Assembly (NCBI RefSeq): GCF_006345805.1
Contig: NC_043001.1
Coordinates: forward strand, 3,038,001 to 3,102,000
Length of the DNA stretch: 64,000 bases
Direction of reading: 5' to 3'
Source: Octopus sinensis
Taxonomy: Eukaryota
Shown here: positions 13,879 to 25,535 of the stretch, piece by piece
Layout: each line of letters opens with the position of its first letter
How positions within the stretch are numbered: the first letter of the stretch is position 1
Made by a program: the position numbers and the translations under genes
Notes under the pieces: model-generated
Told to the model about the DNA's origin: nothing
Database searches by the model: none
What the model saw: only the letters and a program-made list of their open reading frames with translations

Positions 13879-14417
13879 GTGCTAGCCAGAATCCACTACC
13901 ACTAACAATATATTTTAAGCAAAGTGACCATTGGTCACTGATTTGCAACAAGCAAAATAGCAAGTTATAAAACCTCAAGAAGAGATCAGAGTAGTAACAG
14001 ATACTAAGCAATAAATCCAGTCATCAGATCAAACATTCATCATCATCATCATCGTTCAATGTCCGTTTTCCATGCTGGCATGGGTTGGACGGTTTGATTG
14101 GGGTCTAGGAAGCCAGGTGGCTGCACCAGGCTCCAGTCTGATCTAGCAGTGTTTCCTAACATTTTACATGCCACCAGCACAGGAATCAGAGTGGGGCTGG
14201 CAATGACCACAATCAGTTGGTGCTTTTTACGTGCCACCGGCACAGAAGCCAGTCAGTCATGTTACAACTAAGTTAATCCAATCAGAATGATACAACTAAT
14301 TTAACCCCAGGCAGATTCTCTGCCAGCTGGTTATTGGTGCAACACTTTGCACTCTTTATAGACAATATATTACTATGAGGGGGAGCGAACCCTACTACCC
14401 CCTAGCAGCTAATAAGA

Positions 14418-14466
14418 TCACGAAACTGACACAGTTTCGAGCTATTTGCCTCATCTTCAGTCACAA
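14418..14466 (-). ncRNA. Type I hammerhead ribozyme candidate in a dispersed repeat (14300-14482)
   Basis: Minus strand UUGUGA-CUGAAGA-U-GAG(GCAAAUAG)CUC-GAAA-CUG(UGU)CAG-U-U-UCGUGA: intact core, three formable helices, GUU cleavage triplet. Confidence 0.6.
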
Positions 14467-14549
14467 GCACCTATAGTATAATATATTGTAATAATATTGT
14501 ATAGGGCAAGCATGACTGTGTGGTTAAGAAGTTTATTTCCTAAACATGA

Positions 14550-14958
14550 CCAGCTTCGCCTTACTGGCACTTGTGACCCATGCTACTAGGGTGCTAAGAG
14601 CACCATCCAAGCGTGATTGTTGCCAGAGTGGCTAACTGACTTCTGCACCGGTGGCATGTAAGAGGCACCATTTGAGCGGGATCGTTACCAGCATCACCTT
14701 ACTGACACCTGTGCCATTGGCATGTGTAAAAAGATTCGAGTGAGGTCGTTGCCAGTACTGCCTGACTAGCCCCAAGGCTGGTGGCACGTAAAAGCACCCA
14801 CTACACTCTCGGAGTGGTTGGCGTTAGGAATGGCATCCAACGGTAGAAAGTCTGCCAGATCAAGACTGGAGCCTGGTGCAGCCATCTGGTTTGCCAGCCC
14901 TCAGTCAAACCGTCCAACCCATGCCAGCATGGAAAGCGGACGATAAACGATGATGATG
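14550..14958 (+). mobile_element. RTE-tail element (family C) nested inside a SINE B head
   Basis: SINE B head stops at ...CCTAAACAT (about 14548) and resumes GTGGTTTCAGGTTCAG after the (GAT)n tail at about 14958; internal roughly 60-bp subrepeats. Confidence 0.75.
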
Positions 14959-15739
14959 TGGTTTCAGGTTCAGATCCACTTCTTGACACATCAAACAACT
15001 GACTTCTATGATAATTTTAGGGCTGCTCAGAAAACCCTTGAGAATGAATTTGGTAGGCAGAAACTAAAAGATGCTTATCATTATCTATGTATATATCTGC
15101 AGGGCAGTTGGTGTTAGGAAGGGCATCCAACCATAAACACCCTGCAAAAATAGACAGTGAAACCTAGGTGGGGGGGGGAGTTGAAGTCAATTACTGCCTC
15201 CAGTACTCAGCTGGTAATTATTTTAACAATCTCAGAAGGATGAAAGGCAAATATGGGTGTTTCATTCATCATCGTTAAGCAACCCTTATTCAGTAACGTT
15301 TACTGGAATGGGCTACTTGAAGAAAATTCTAACTGGGCCCCACTTGCAAGTCATGCCCTGTTTATCTTGATATAAGGTCACTATATCATGCACATATGGT
15401 TTTCATTGCATGTGTTGTACCCTTATCAGACGGGTAGCCATGATGGGCATATTGGGGTTTCCTGTAATTGTACCCCAGTGTCACTTTGATGGCAAGTGCT
15501 GTTCTTCACTTAATGCTAATAAAAAGGATTTCGAATTTGGGCACAAGGCCAGCAACTTCAGAGGAGGGGTAAATTGATTACATCAACTCCGGTGTCTAAC
15601 TGGTATTTTACTTTATGGGCCCCAAAAGAATGAAAGACAAAATGGGCTTTGGTGGAATTTGAACTCAGAATGTAAGGACTGACAGGATGCTGGTAAGTAT
15701 TTTGCCAAGCCAGCTAATGATTCTGCCATTTCACAGCCT

Positions 15740-15779
15740 TAATAATAATAATAATAGTAATAATGATAATAATAATAAC

Positions 15780-15815
<36 letters not shown>

Positions 15816-16177
15816 GTTTATATATTTGTTTTGCAAGATTTTTTATGTGAAATCGTGTGTTGAAACAGATATTGTTGTATTTTGGAATGGTCATGTTGCC
15901 AGTTAAGCAATATAAACAAAACTGAAAACATAATAAAATAAAATACACAGATAAATAAACAAATGGAAGTAAATAACTATATACATTTTTTTTATTATTA
16001 CTGTTATTATTATTACACATACATACATAATAATAATAATGATAATAATAATAATAATAATAATAGTAGTAATAACAATAATAATAATAATAATGATAAT
16101 AATAATAATAATAGTAGTAATAATAATAGTAGTAATAACAATAATAATAATGATAATAATAATAATAATAATAATAA
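15740..16177. repeat. Degenerate (TAA)n trinucleotide tracts
   Basis: Visible tandem repeats at 15740-15813 and 16027-16177; source of the poly-Y/I/N ORFs. Confidence 0.95.
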
Positions 16178-17289
16178 GTAGGTGTAAACAGATGAACAAA
16201 ATAAAAATAAACAAAAACAAAACAAATTATATAAACAGGAGATACAAATATTACAGACACTCCCCCCCACACACACACTAACTAAACATAGACACACAGA
16301 GATATACGCATGCGCAAATGAAGACACATACAATAGAAATACAAAATACAAAATGGGTGACAGTTAGTAAAGAGAGACATAAATAAGAAAGAAGAAAGCA
16401 AAGGACCACTGATGCGGTCACAGGAGTGTGACAAAAGAACTCTGGCTGAAATAAGATTAAGATTAATGTAAAAAATAAATAACGTTGAAGCAAAGTAACA
16501 CCAAATATATAGTGCGTGTGTTTTTATTGGCTAAACTGGCAAAATGACCATTCCTAAATACAACAATAATAATAATCCTTTCTAGTATAGGCACTAACTT
16601 TAGGAGAGGGGGCTAGTTGATTATAGTACTTAACTGGTACTTATTTTATCGACCTTGAAAGTAAGAAATGTAAAGTCAACCTCAGCAGAATTCGAACCCA
16701 CAACGTTAAGACTGACAAAATGCTGCTAAGCTTTTAACCCATCGTACTAACAATTCTGCCAACTCACCACTTCAATAATAATCATAATAATAATAGTAGC
16801 TTCAAATTTTTCCGCAAGGGCTGCAATTTTGGGGAGGGGATGAGTTGATTAGATCAATCTCAGTACGCAACTGGTACTTAATTTATCGACCCTGAAAGGA
16901 TGAAGGGCAAAATTGAGTTCAGTGGAATTTGAACTCAGAACCTAGTGAAAGACAAAGTACTGCTAAGCATTTCACCTGGGGTGCTAACAATTCTGTCAGC
17001 TCACTACCTTAATATTAATAATAATAATAATAATTTATTTCTTTATTGCCTATAGGGGCTAAACATAGAGGGGAGAAACAAGGACAAACAAGGACAGACA
17101 TGGAGACAGACAATTACATCGACCCCCAGTGATTAACTGGTATTTATTTAAGCGACCCCAAAAAGATGAAAGGCAAAGTCGATCTCAGTGGAAATAAAAG
17201 CTGGATGTGAACTGGTAGTGAACAGCTTACACCATAGTACATCTCTAGCATTAGAAGCTGTGAAAAGACAATAAATAATAATAATAAGC

Positions 17290-17327
<38 letters not shown>

Positions 17328-19162
17328 AAGAAGAAGAGCAATTAGAAGGAGAAGAATAATTTTACTTTCAGTATTGAATCTCCTTCTCAATAAATGTTCT
17401 GTTGTTATTCTTAACCATTGTTTAAAATGATTATCTTCATTTAACATTAAGATAATGTAGAGTATATTTGGTTGTGAATATGCAATGAATATGGAATTTT
17501 CTGTTGTATAAAATGACATTTTAACATGTAATCCATGAAACCTTTTAAATGTTCAAACCTTAAGTAATACAAATGAATGAATCAACTTTCTTTGATGTGG
17601 CCGAGTTAATACATTAGGCCAGCTATCTATTCCCTGTATACAATGGTCATCTGAAGAGAGAAAATCTCATTGGCTACTAAGAGACTAGTGATGCACCTCT
17701 TCTCTTGTGAATGCCATAAATATATCAAAAGATGTTTGGCAAACTTACGTTCTCGTTGTCTATAAAAATAAATATTAGTAAATGCCAGAGAAAAGTGGCT
17801 TGGGAATAAAGATGGCTTGAAATGAGTCGAAAGAAATGACATCCACATGAAATATAGCTTCTGTATAATCTGATGGCTGAATAACATCATTATGAGAGAG
17901 AGATAAGCGGAGATGTTGGTTCCACTGCAAAATACAGAATGTCTGGTAATGTATGTAGAAGGAAATCTCAGAGAGGAATCATAAGGATACAGATTTAAGG
18001 TGGGGGTGATTGAATAGGGAACGTAGAGTAATTTGTATCGCAGACTTTGAGTTGATACAATAAAATTAGCGATAGAAACTATTAATAGATGGAATAGATT
18101 TAAAATTGAAAATTTGGTAAATGAGACATAATATTCTTATGATAAATGAAGAAATATATACGTTCCGAAAAGAATATCCATCTCTTTGTAATTGACACAA
18201 TGCCAGTCTCAATTAAGGCATAAAATATTTTCTAGATAGTTCCAATATCAGTTTCCACAGAATAACCAGATATTTTTTAGATGTATTTCCTTTCATTTCG
18301 GTTGGGAAGTATTAACATAGCAACACGGTAATAGCAACTAGCTTTCAACATGGCAAACAAATAGCGTATCGATATCAACATCTTTTAATCTATAAATATG
18401 ATAATAAATCATAATCTACTGTTGCCAATCACTTCTAAGCAATTATATTTTCAATGAGATTTAACTCTCATCCGATTTATAGATTTCTTATAAGCCAGGT
18501 TATGGTAAGTGCTGTTAATGCTTGACATGTTTGAAGTGTAGAGCGCAAGTGGTGCATATTGAAGTGGTGATTATGATGACTTTCATAAATCCATTGGGTG
18601 GTTGAGGAACCATTAAAGATCTTATGCACATGAAGTGTGTCTAGTATGAATTAATCTACCGTAGCTCATCCATCAATCTCCAAGTTATGTCCAGATGAAT
18701 TGAAACAGCATACATATGGAACAGATCTCAAGTTCAAATGCATTTTCTGTTGCTTTTTTTTTTAATAACTGAGCGAGGAGAAGAGAAGCAATGAACCTTG
18801 ACTCCTTTATTAGGGGCTCAATGAGTGTTAGGGTGAAGGGAAGGAGAGATCTTCAGGTTGGAGTTCATGCTGGAACATTTGCAGAATGTATTCCACTAAA
18901 AGGTAGCCAACTAGGATGTTTTCATCTTTAAACAATGGTTGCAGTCTTAAAAAGAAGCTCCAAGATGGTGATTCTTCTCCCACCCCACCAGTTTTTCATT
19001 ATATTTTAATTTGAAAAATAAATTTGTTTAAATGTTTGTAAGGGTTAAAAAATGAATTTGAAGCCAAATATTTGTATTTTGAAAATTTGTATTTCTTGAT
19101 TTTAGATTAGCATCGAGAAATTTGATAAAAGCTGAATTATTATTATTGTATGTATGTACCTG

Positions 19163-19545
19163 TAGGCACAAGTGTGGTTGTGTGGTGAGTAGCTTGCTTC
19201 CCAAGCTCATGGTTCTAAGTTCAGTTCCACTTTGTGGCACCTTGGGCAAATATCTTCTGCTATAACCTTAAGCTGACCAAAGCTTTGTGAGTGGATTTGG
19301 GAAATAGAAACTGAAAGAATCCTATCACAGATATGCAAATGTATATATCTGTGTGTGTGTGTGGGGGGTGTATCATTGTATATTTATTTATCTCCCAACA
19401 CTACTTGCCAACTGGTGTTAGTTTGTTTACATCCACATAACTTTTTTTTCTGTAAAAGAGATCAATCGGATAAACACCAGGCTTAAAACCCTTCAAACAG
19501 TGCCCCAGCATGGCCTCAGTCAAATGACTGAGACAAGTGAAAGTG
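19163..19545 (+). mobile_element. SINE family B, near full length
   Basis: Same head, core and tail as 11205-11590 and 38545-38945. Confidence 0.8.
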
Positions 19546-19564
19546 AGAAGATAAAAGATATACC

Positions 19565-19797
19565 TATTTCTTTACTACCCACAAGGGGCTAAACACACAG
19601 AGGACAAACAAGGACAGACAAACGGATTAAGTCGATTATATCGACCCCAGTGCGTAACTGGTACTTATTTAATCAACCCTGAAAGAATGAAAGGCAAAGT
19701 CGACCTCGATAGAATTTGAACTCAGAACGTAACGGCAGATGAAATACCGCTAAGCATTTCACCCGGCATGCTAAGGTTTCTGCCAGCTCACCGTCTT
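19565..19797 (-). mobile_element. SINE family A with 17-bp target-site duplication
   Basis: Flanked by AAGATAAAAGATATACC (19548-19564) and AAGATAAAAGACATACC (19800-19816). Confidence 0.9.
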
Positions 19798-19815
19798 CAA
19801 AGATAAAAGACATAC

Positions 19816-19974
19816 CAAGTTCCTTGATATTACCCATGCTGGCAAATGTCTCTTTGCAATGTCATCTGTCATCATATGATGAGTAAAAGTCTAGCCACAG
19901 CTCCATACTGTTGGCCTGGATTTTGTCCACCCTGGGGCAACTGGAATGCAACTGCAAAACCACGAGGAGCTGAA
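19816..19974 (-). other. Candidate spliced exon (159 nt), coding status unresolved
   Basis: Acceptor TTTCTCTTATCTTTCTTTGTTCTCAG, donor TTG|GTATGT; stops in all frames; Kozak-like GCCAGCATGG near the 3' end. Confidence 0.3.
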
Positions 19975-20578
19975 CTGAGAACAAAGAAAGATAAGAGAAA
20001 TAAATATGATATGACATTTAATCTGTTCCTCTACAATTATTGCGAGACTCACTGCCTTCATTCATTATTAAAACTGCAATGGAGAGTAATCAAGAAGGAT
20101 TAGACTGAAAATTAGGAAGAAAGAAAGAAAATTTTGAAAAATAGGAAAAAGAAACTCGCAGACACAATAAAATATCTGTCTTTTACTGCAGCCGATGATT
20201 ATTCTCAGTGTTTTCTTTTTAAGTTTCAGGTGCCGTGATTAAAGTTGTCATGAGATAAGAAACACCAAGCAATTTTGCTACTAAATAATGAAATTTCGTT
20301 CATTTCAACGAAGATAATTACTTTAAAAGTTTTTCTGGTCAGTCTATTTTTATTATTTGTATTGTTTCAATTATTTTTGTTATTATTTTTATTATTTGAA
20401 ACTAATTTAACCTGTTTCATTACCAAGTGTTGTTCTATAATAGTTGTAAAAAGTTACATAATATATGCTACAGGGTGATGAGGGAGTTAATTAATTTTGT
20501 GTAAGAATTAAAGAATATGTAACGTAGAGTTATTCTAAAATTGGTTGTCACACGGCCACTAACATTAATAATCTTTAC

Positions 20579-20630
20579 CTGCTGGCAGGCGTGGTTGCAT
20601 CTGATATCAGAGGGTTTGTTCCCAGTTAAA
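20579..20630 (-). other. Candidate spliced exon (52 nt)
   Basis: Acceptor TTTTTTTTTCATTTCACAG, donor CAG|GTAAAG; one open frame LTGNKPSDIRCNHACQQ. Confidence 0.3.
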
Positions 20631-21487
20631 CTGTGAAATGAAAAAAAAATAAAGAATTGTTTGATCAAAGACATCCATTATCAAGAATTACAAAGAAGAC
20701 TGAAATAAGAGGAAATAGTTCAGAATACACAGCATTCTTGCAAATATTTCTGAAGAATCTGCCTAACCCTAATTCTACACAGAATAGTGGAAGAATACAA
20801 AATGGTAAGGAGATATCTTTTTCTACTCTAAGCACAAGGCCTGAAATTTTTAGGGTGGGGGCCAGTCAATTAGATTGACCTCAGTACGCAACTGGTACTT
20901 AATTTATTGACCCCCGAAAGGAGAAAAGGCAAAGTCAACCTCAGTGGAGTTTAAACTCAGAACATAAAGGTAGACGAAATACTACTAAGAATTTCACCTG
21001 GTGTGCTAATGTTTCTGCCAGCTTGCTGCCTAAAATGGTAAGTAGATATTGCACCAAAACTAGCCAAGGAGATAGAATTGGCAGAAAATTGGTTAAAAGT
21101 CTTGGAGTCACCAAAGAGAGAATGAAATGCTTTGAAGTACACAATATTGGATTTGGAACAAAGAATGAAAAACACAAGAGTAGAATGGGAACATAACGTG
21201 GAATCCTGTTTGTGTGGTTTTGGAAAAGAAGGAATCAGTTGCCATTTTGGCAATCAGTGGATTCTCCTTGTTATTTGGATGACTTCGAAAATAACACAAA
21301 GAACATGTGAGTAAATACAGGCCTGAGATAATAATAATTTGAATTTTTGGCACAAGGCCGGCAATTTCAGGGAAGGGTCTAAGTTGATTGCCTCAACCCT
21401 CGTGGTTGACTGGTACTTATTTTAAGGACCCTGAAAGGATGAATGGCAAAGTGGACCTCTGCAGCAGGCATGAGATGATGATGGTAG

Positions 21488-21524
<37 letters not shown>

Positions 21525-23039
21525 ATGGATGAACTTAAGTCAAGAATAAGAGTACAGATTTGTTATCTCAAGCCTTGTTCATTATTCTATCGTTTATTCT
21601 GTCTCAGTCATTAGACTGTGGCTATGCTGGAGCTCTAGCTTGGAGAATTTTAGTTGGATTAGTGAAACCCAGGACTTCCTTCATGGAAAGTGACAGCACC
21701 ATTTCTGCATACCTGCCTCTACTTATTACCATCTTCAGCTGTCTTTTGCCAGACATTAGAGTGTCCCAAAAGCATATTTCAAGATCTTCTTCTTTTATCT
21801 TTTATTTGTCTCAGTCATTAGACTGTGGCCATGCTGGGGCACCACCTTGAAGAATTTTTAGTCGAATGACTAAAACCTCATTACTTGTATTTTTTGGAGC
21901 CTAGTGCTTATTCTATCTGGTCTGTTTTGCGGAACCACTATGTAACAGGGATGTAAACAAAGCAAGACCAGTCTGGGTGAGTGGGTGGGAAACACAAGCA
22001 AAAACATAAACACACACATATAGATATAACATCCTACTTTCAGGTTCTCTTTACCAAATCCACTCCGAAGGCTTTGGGCTGGCTCATCCTTATAGTAGAA
22101 GACACTCGGCCAAGGGACAAACCCAGAACAATGTACACCTCTACACATTCTTGCCTGAATCTGTACAGTTTTTCTTTTTCCTTGCAGGTCAGATCAGATG
22201 AATGAATCGAAACCTGGTTTCTCAGATTGGAATTCCTTGTTTAAGACTTAAGCTTCCAAATCAAGAGAGAAAATACTTTATTCAACATCTACCGAAAGCA
22301 ACTGAGAATGGAGTCAGCAAGAAGCATCACAGTGATTAAATAACAAAACAACTTAATTTCATTCACCATAATCATGTAAATTTACTTGTATCTCTTCCGG
22401 TCCAAACATCATATTTATTTATATATTTTATTTATTTTTTAAATAATTATATCAATATTTAAATTTAGAATTGTTATTTATAATATTTTATCATAATAAT
22501 ATTATATGCTAATAGTATGTTACCAAATTCTAAAGATAAATATTACTTTCAGGAATAATAATAGACTCATCTAATGTATTTATCTTTAATTTATTGTTAT
22601 TGTGTTCTGTGATTACTGACAACCGTCCTCTGCCAATTTTTGCTTGTTCTACAGTTTAATAATTCATGTTTTTGATGACAGGGTTGGAGCTGGAATTGGT
22701 TGTATTAATGGTATTGATTCTCCTGCTAACCTTGAAATCCTGTCAACATGGTTTCATACACGATAGTCATATTGATCATGGAGCCTGAATGTTAAAGGAT
22801 GAGGATAATCGGGATGATGGCAACGATGCCGATGATGATGATGGCAATGATGGTGATGATGGTGATCATTGACGTCACCAGCATGATCATGATGATGATC
22901 CACATCACCATCATCATCATCGTCATTGTCATCGTCATCTTACTCCACCTCCTCCTCATCATCATTATTACTACTATCGTTGTCATCATCAATATCATCA
23001 ACATCACCGTCATCGTCTTCATCATTGTCAAAAAGACCA

Positions 23040-23097
23040 ATGTAAGTCGTGATCCATGATGAGGTAGGGAAAGTGCTGCATTGGAACCTGTGTGGAA

Positions 23098-23153
<56 letters not shown>

Positions 23154-23560
23154 ATGTAGCATGGGCACAAACTGGCAAGGGCGGTGTAGTGAAAGGCTTC
23201 AAATTCCCATGAGATTTCTCAATCAAAGCAGGCCAGGAGCTTGACCACAACAAGCCAGATCTAGAGGTGGTGCACAAGGTGAATCACGTGTGCTCTATTA
23301 TTGATCTTTTGAACCCTGAATAGGCAAGAAGGAAAGCAAAAAAATAGACATATACAACCCTCTTAAATATGAGACAGCCTGACTATGGAAAATGAAAGTG
23401 AAAGTAGGGCCAATTATTGTTGGATCCTTGGGGACAGTATCAAAAGGCATCAAGAGGAATATAAATGAAATTGGAATGGAGTGCCCAGCAGAACTGTTAC
23501 AGAATAGACTGCAAGTATCAAAGCTGCTATGCATGCAAGACTCTAAGAATTCTAATAAAA
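23040..23560 (+). pseudogene. R4/Dong-type non-LTR retrotransposon, C-terminal REL-endonuclease fragment (copy 1)
   Basis: IHDEVGKVLHWNLCGK, DFSIKAGQELDHNKPDLEVVHKVNHVCSIID and LWKMKVKVGPIIVGSLGTVSKGIK match the RHD..LHW, PD..D and GALG motifs; interrupted by (GA)n at about 23097-23148. Confidence 0.8.
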
Positions 23561-23604
23561 TCCAAATTAAAAGAAAAAGAGAAAAATTTAATTATTATTA
23601 TTAT

Positions 23605-25080
23605 GACAATAAACCACCTCCTTTTTATAGATGACCTGAGATTATTTACCAAAAGTGAGAAAGTCTTAGATTCACTGGTTCAGACTCTGGTTCATTTGTG
23701 AGTGATGACATTGGCATGGCAACCAGAATAGACAAATGTGTGGTGCTAGAGATAAAGAGAAGGAAAATATCCAATTCAGGAGAGATTACATTTCCAAATT
23801 TGACATCAATCCGAGCACTGAATGAGGGTGACTGTTGCAAGTACCTGGGTATATTGGATACAGATAGAATCCTCTGCCAAGAAATGAAAGAGAAAGTGAG
23901 AAAGGAATATCTTAGGAGTGTAAAAAGTTGCTAAATTCAAAGCTGAATGGCAGGAAAAGAATCTCTGCAGTAAAGCCATGGGTGGCCTCTCTAATAAGAT
24001 ATTCTGATGCTTTCCTGAACTGGACAAAGGAAGAACTAAGAGACATGATCTGTGAAATGAGAAAGCCATGTATAGGTCACTACATCCCAGGGACAGTGTT
24101 GGTAGATTTTACCTATCACAGAAGGAGCATGGGATGGACTGATATCAATAAGAAAATGTGTAGAGATGGCAAAACGGGACGTAGAAGAGTTTGTGAGAAG
24201 CAACTCAGAAAGACTGATTTCTGCTGCCAGAGGAGATGAGAAAGAAATTGTGGAGAGACTGCAATGGATGGCAAGAAGAAAACAGGAAGGAGAAAGAAAC
24301 ATCTGAGGAGAAGAACTACATGACCAGCATCTCAGACAAAAACACAGGACATTGCAGCAGTGGAGTCTTGGTTATAGCTGAAGAATGGAAACCTGAAGAA
24401 AGAAATGGAAGAACTCATAATGTCTGCTCAATGCCAGTCACTGCAGATGAATATCATTAAAGTCAAAATAGACAAATCGGCAAAAAATGCCAAGAATAGA
24501 ATATGTAATGAGAAAGCGGAATTCCTGTAGTCCCCTGACACAGAAGGAATATAAATACAGACACGAATGTGGGGCCAAGGCACTACACTGGGACATATTA
24601 TGGCCAAGAGGATTTGAAGTAGAAAGAAAATGGTACCAGCATCAACCAGGAAGTATAATAGAGAATGACCAGATAAGGGTCTTCAGGATTTTAATGTAAA
24701 GTCTGATAATGATATTCATGCCAGGCAACCAGACATTTTGGTTCTGAACATTGGAAAAAGAAAACAAGAATGCTTCATCACAGATGTGGCTTTATCTATA
24801 GACATGAATGTAGAGGCCAAAGAACGGAGAAAATAGGCAACAGCCAGGAATTGGCTCAGGAATTATGAAGAGACTGGGATGGTTTCTACAAAAGTAATCC
24901 CTGTTGTATTTCACCAACAGACTTAGTAGTTCTCTTATTGAGATTGGAGCAACTCTGAGTTACTCTGTTCTTACAATCCTTGCTGTTCCCAATGGAATAA
25001 CTGCTCCTTTGGGAACAGCAAGGATCATAAGAAAGGTCCTCGATATCAAAGGACATTGGTTGTGGCTTGTATCTAGGACA
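23605..25080 (+). pseudogene. R4/Dong-type non-LTR retrotransposon, RT C-terminal half through REL domain (copy 2)
   Basis: INHLLFIDDLRLF, KCVVLEIKRRK, CKYLGILD, LNSKLNGRK, NWTKEEL, YKYRHECGAKALHWDIL, RQPDILV, GTARIIRKVLDI; many frameshifts. Confidence 0.85.
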
Positions 25081-25129
25081 CCATTAATACTTGGAATAAG
25101 AATAATGATGATGGTAAAAACAATAATGG

Positions 25130-25535
25130 TAACATTGGAACACTGAATGGGCCGTAGAAAGACGAAGACTTGGTAAAGTGAACATCAGACATGAGATATT
25201 TCAAGGTGATAGCTTTCCTGCATTATTATTCGTATTAGCCATGATACCATTCCGTTTGATATTACAAAAAGTTAAAATAGATTATGATTTGGTAAATGGA
25301 TATGGTCAGACAAATCATCTCCTTTTTATGAAAATGTTGTACATGCTGTTCACATTCTCTCAAATGATGTAGGAATGGAATTTGGGATTGAAAAGTGCTC
25401 TATATTGATAGTGAAATGTGGATGATTTTAAGGATACCAGGAACTGAAAAGCCAAATGGGTAAACAGTGAATGTGGTTGAGAAATTTCAGTGGTATAAGT
25501 ATTTAGGAATACTGGAGGTAGATGAAATAAAACAA
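25130..25535 (+). pseudogene. R4/Dong-type RT fragment (copy 3)
   Basis: LGKVNIRHEIFQGDSFPALLFVLAMIP...NHLLFM, then DVGMEFGIEKC and YKYLGILEVD. Confidence 0.8.

Noticed and set aside
14405-14445. Possible second, plus-strand hammerhead overlapping the minus-strand one (CTAATAAG...CGAAAC)
   Set aside because: Core has two mismatches and helix I does not pair; the GAAAC arises from the helix III palindrome
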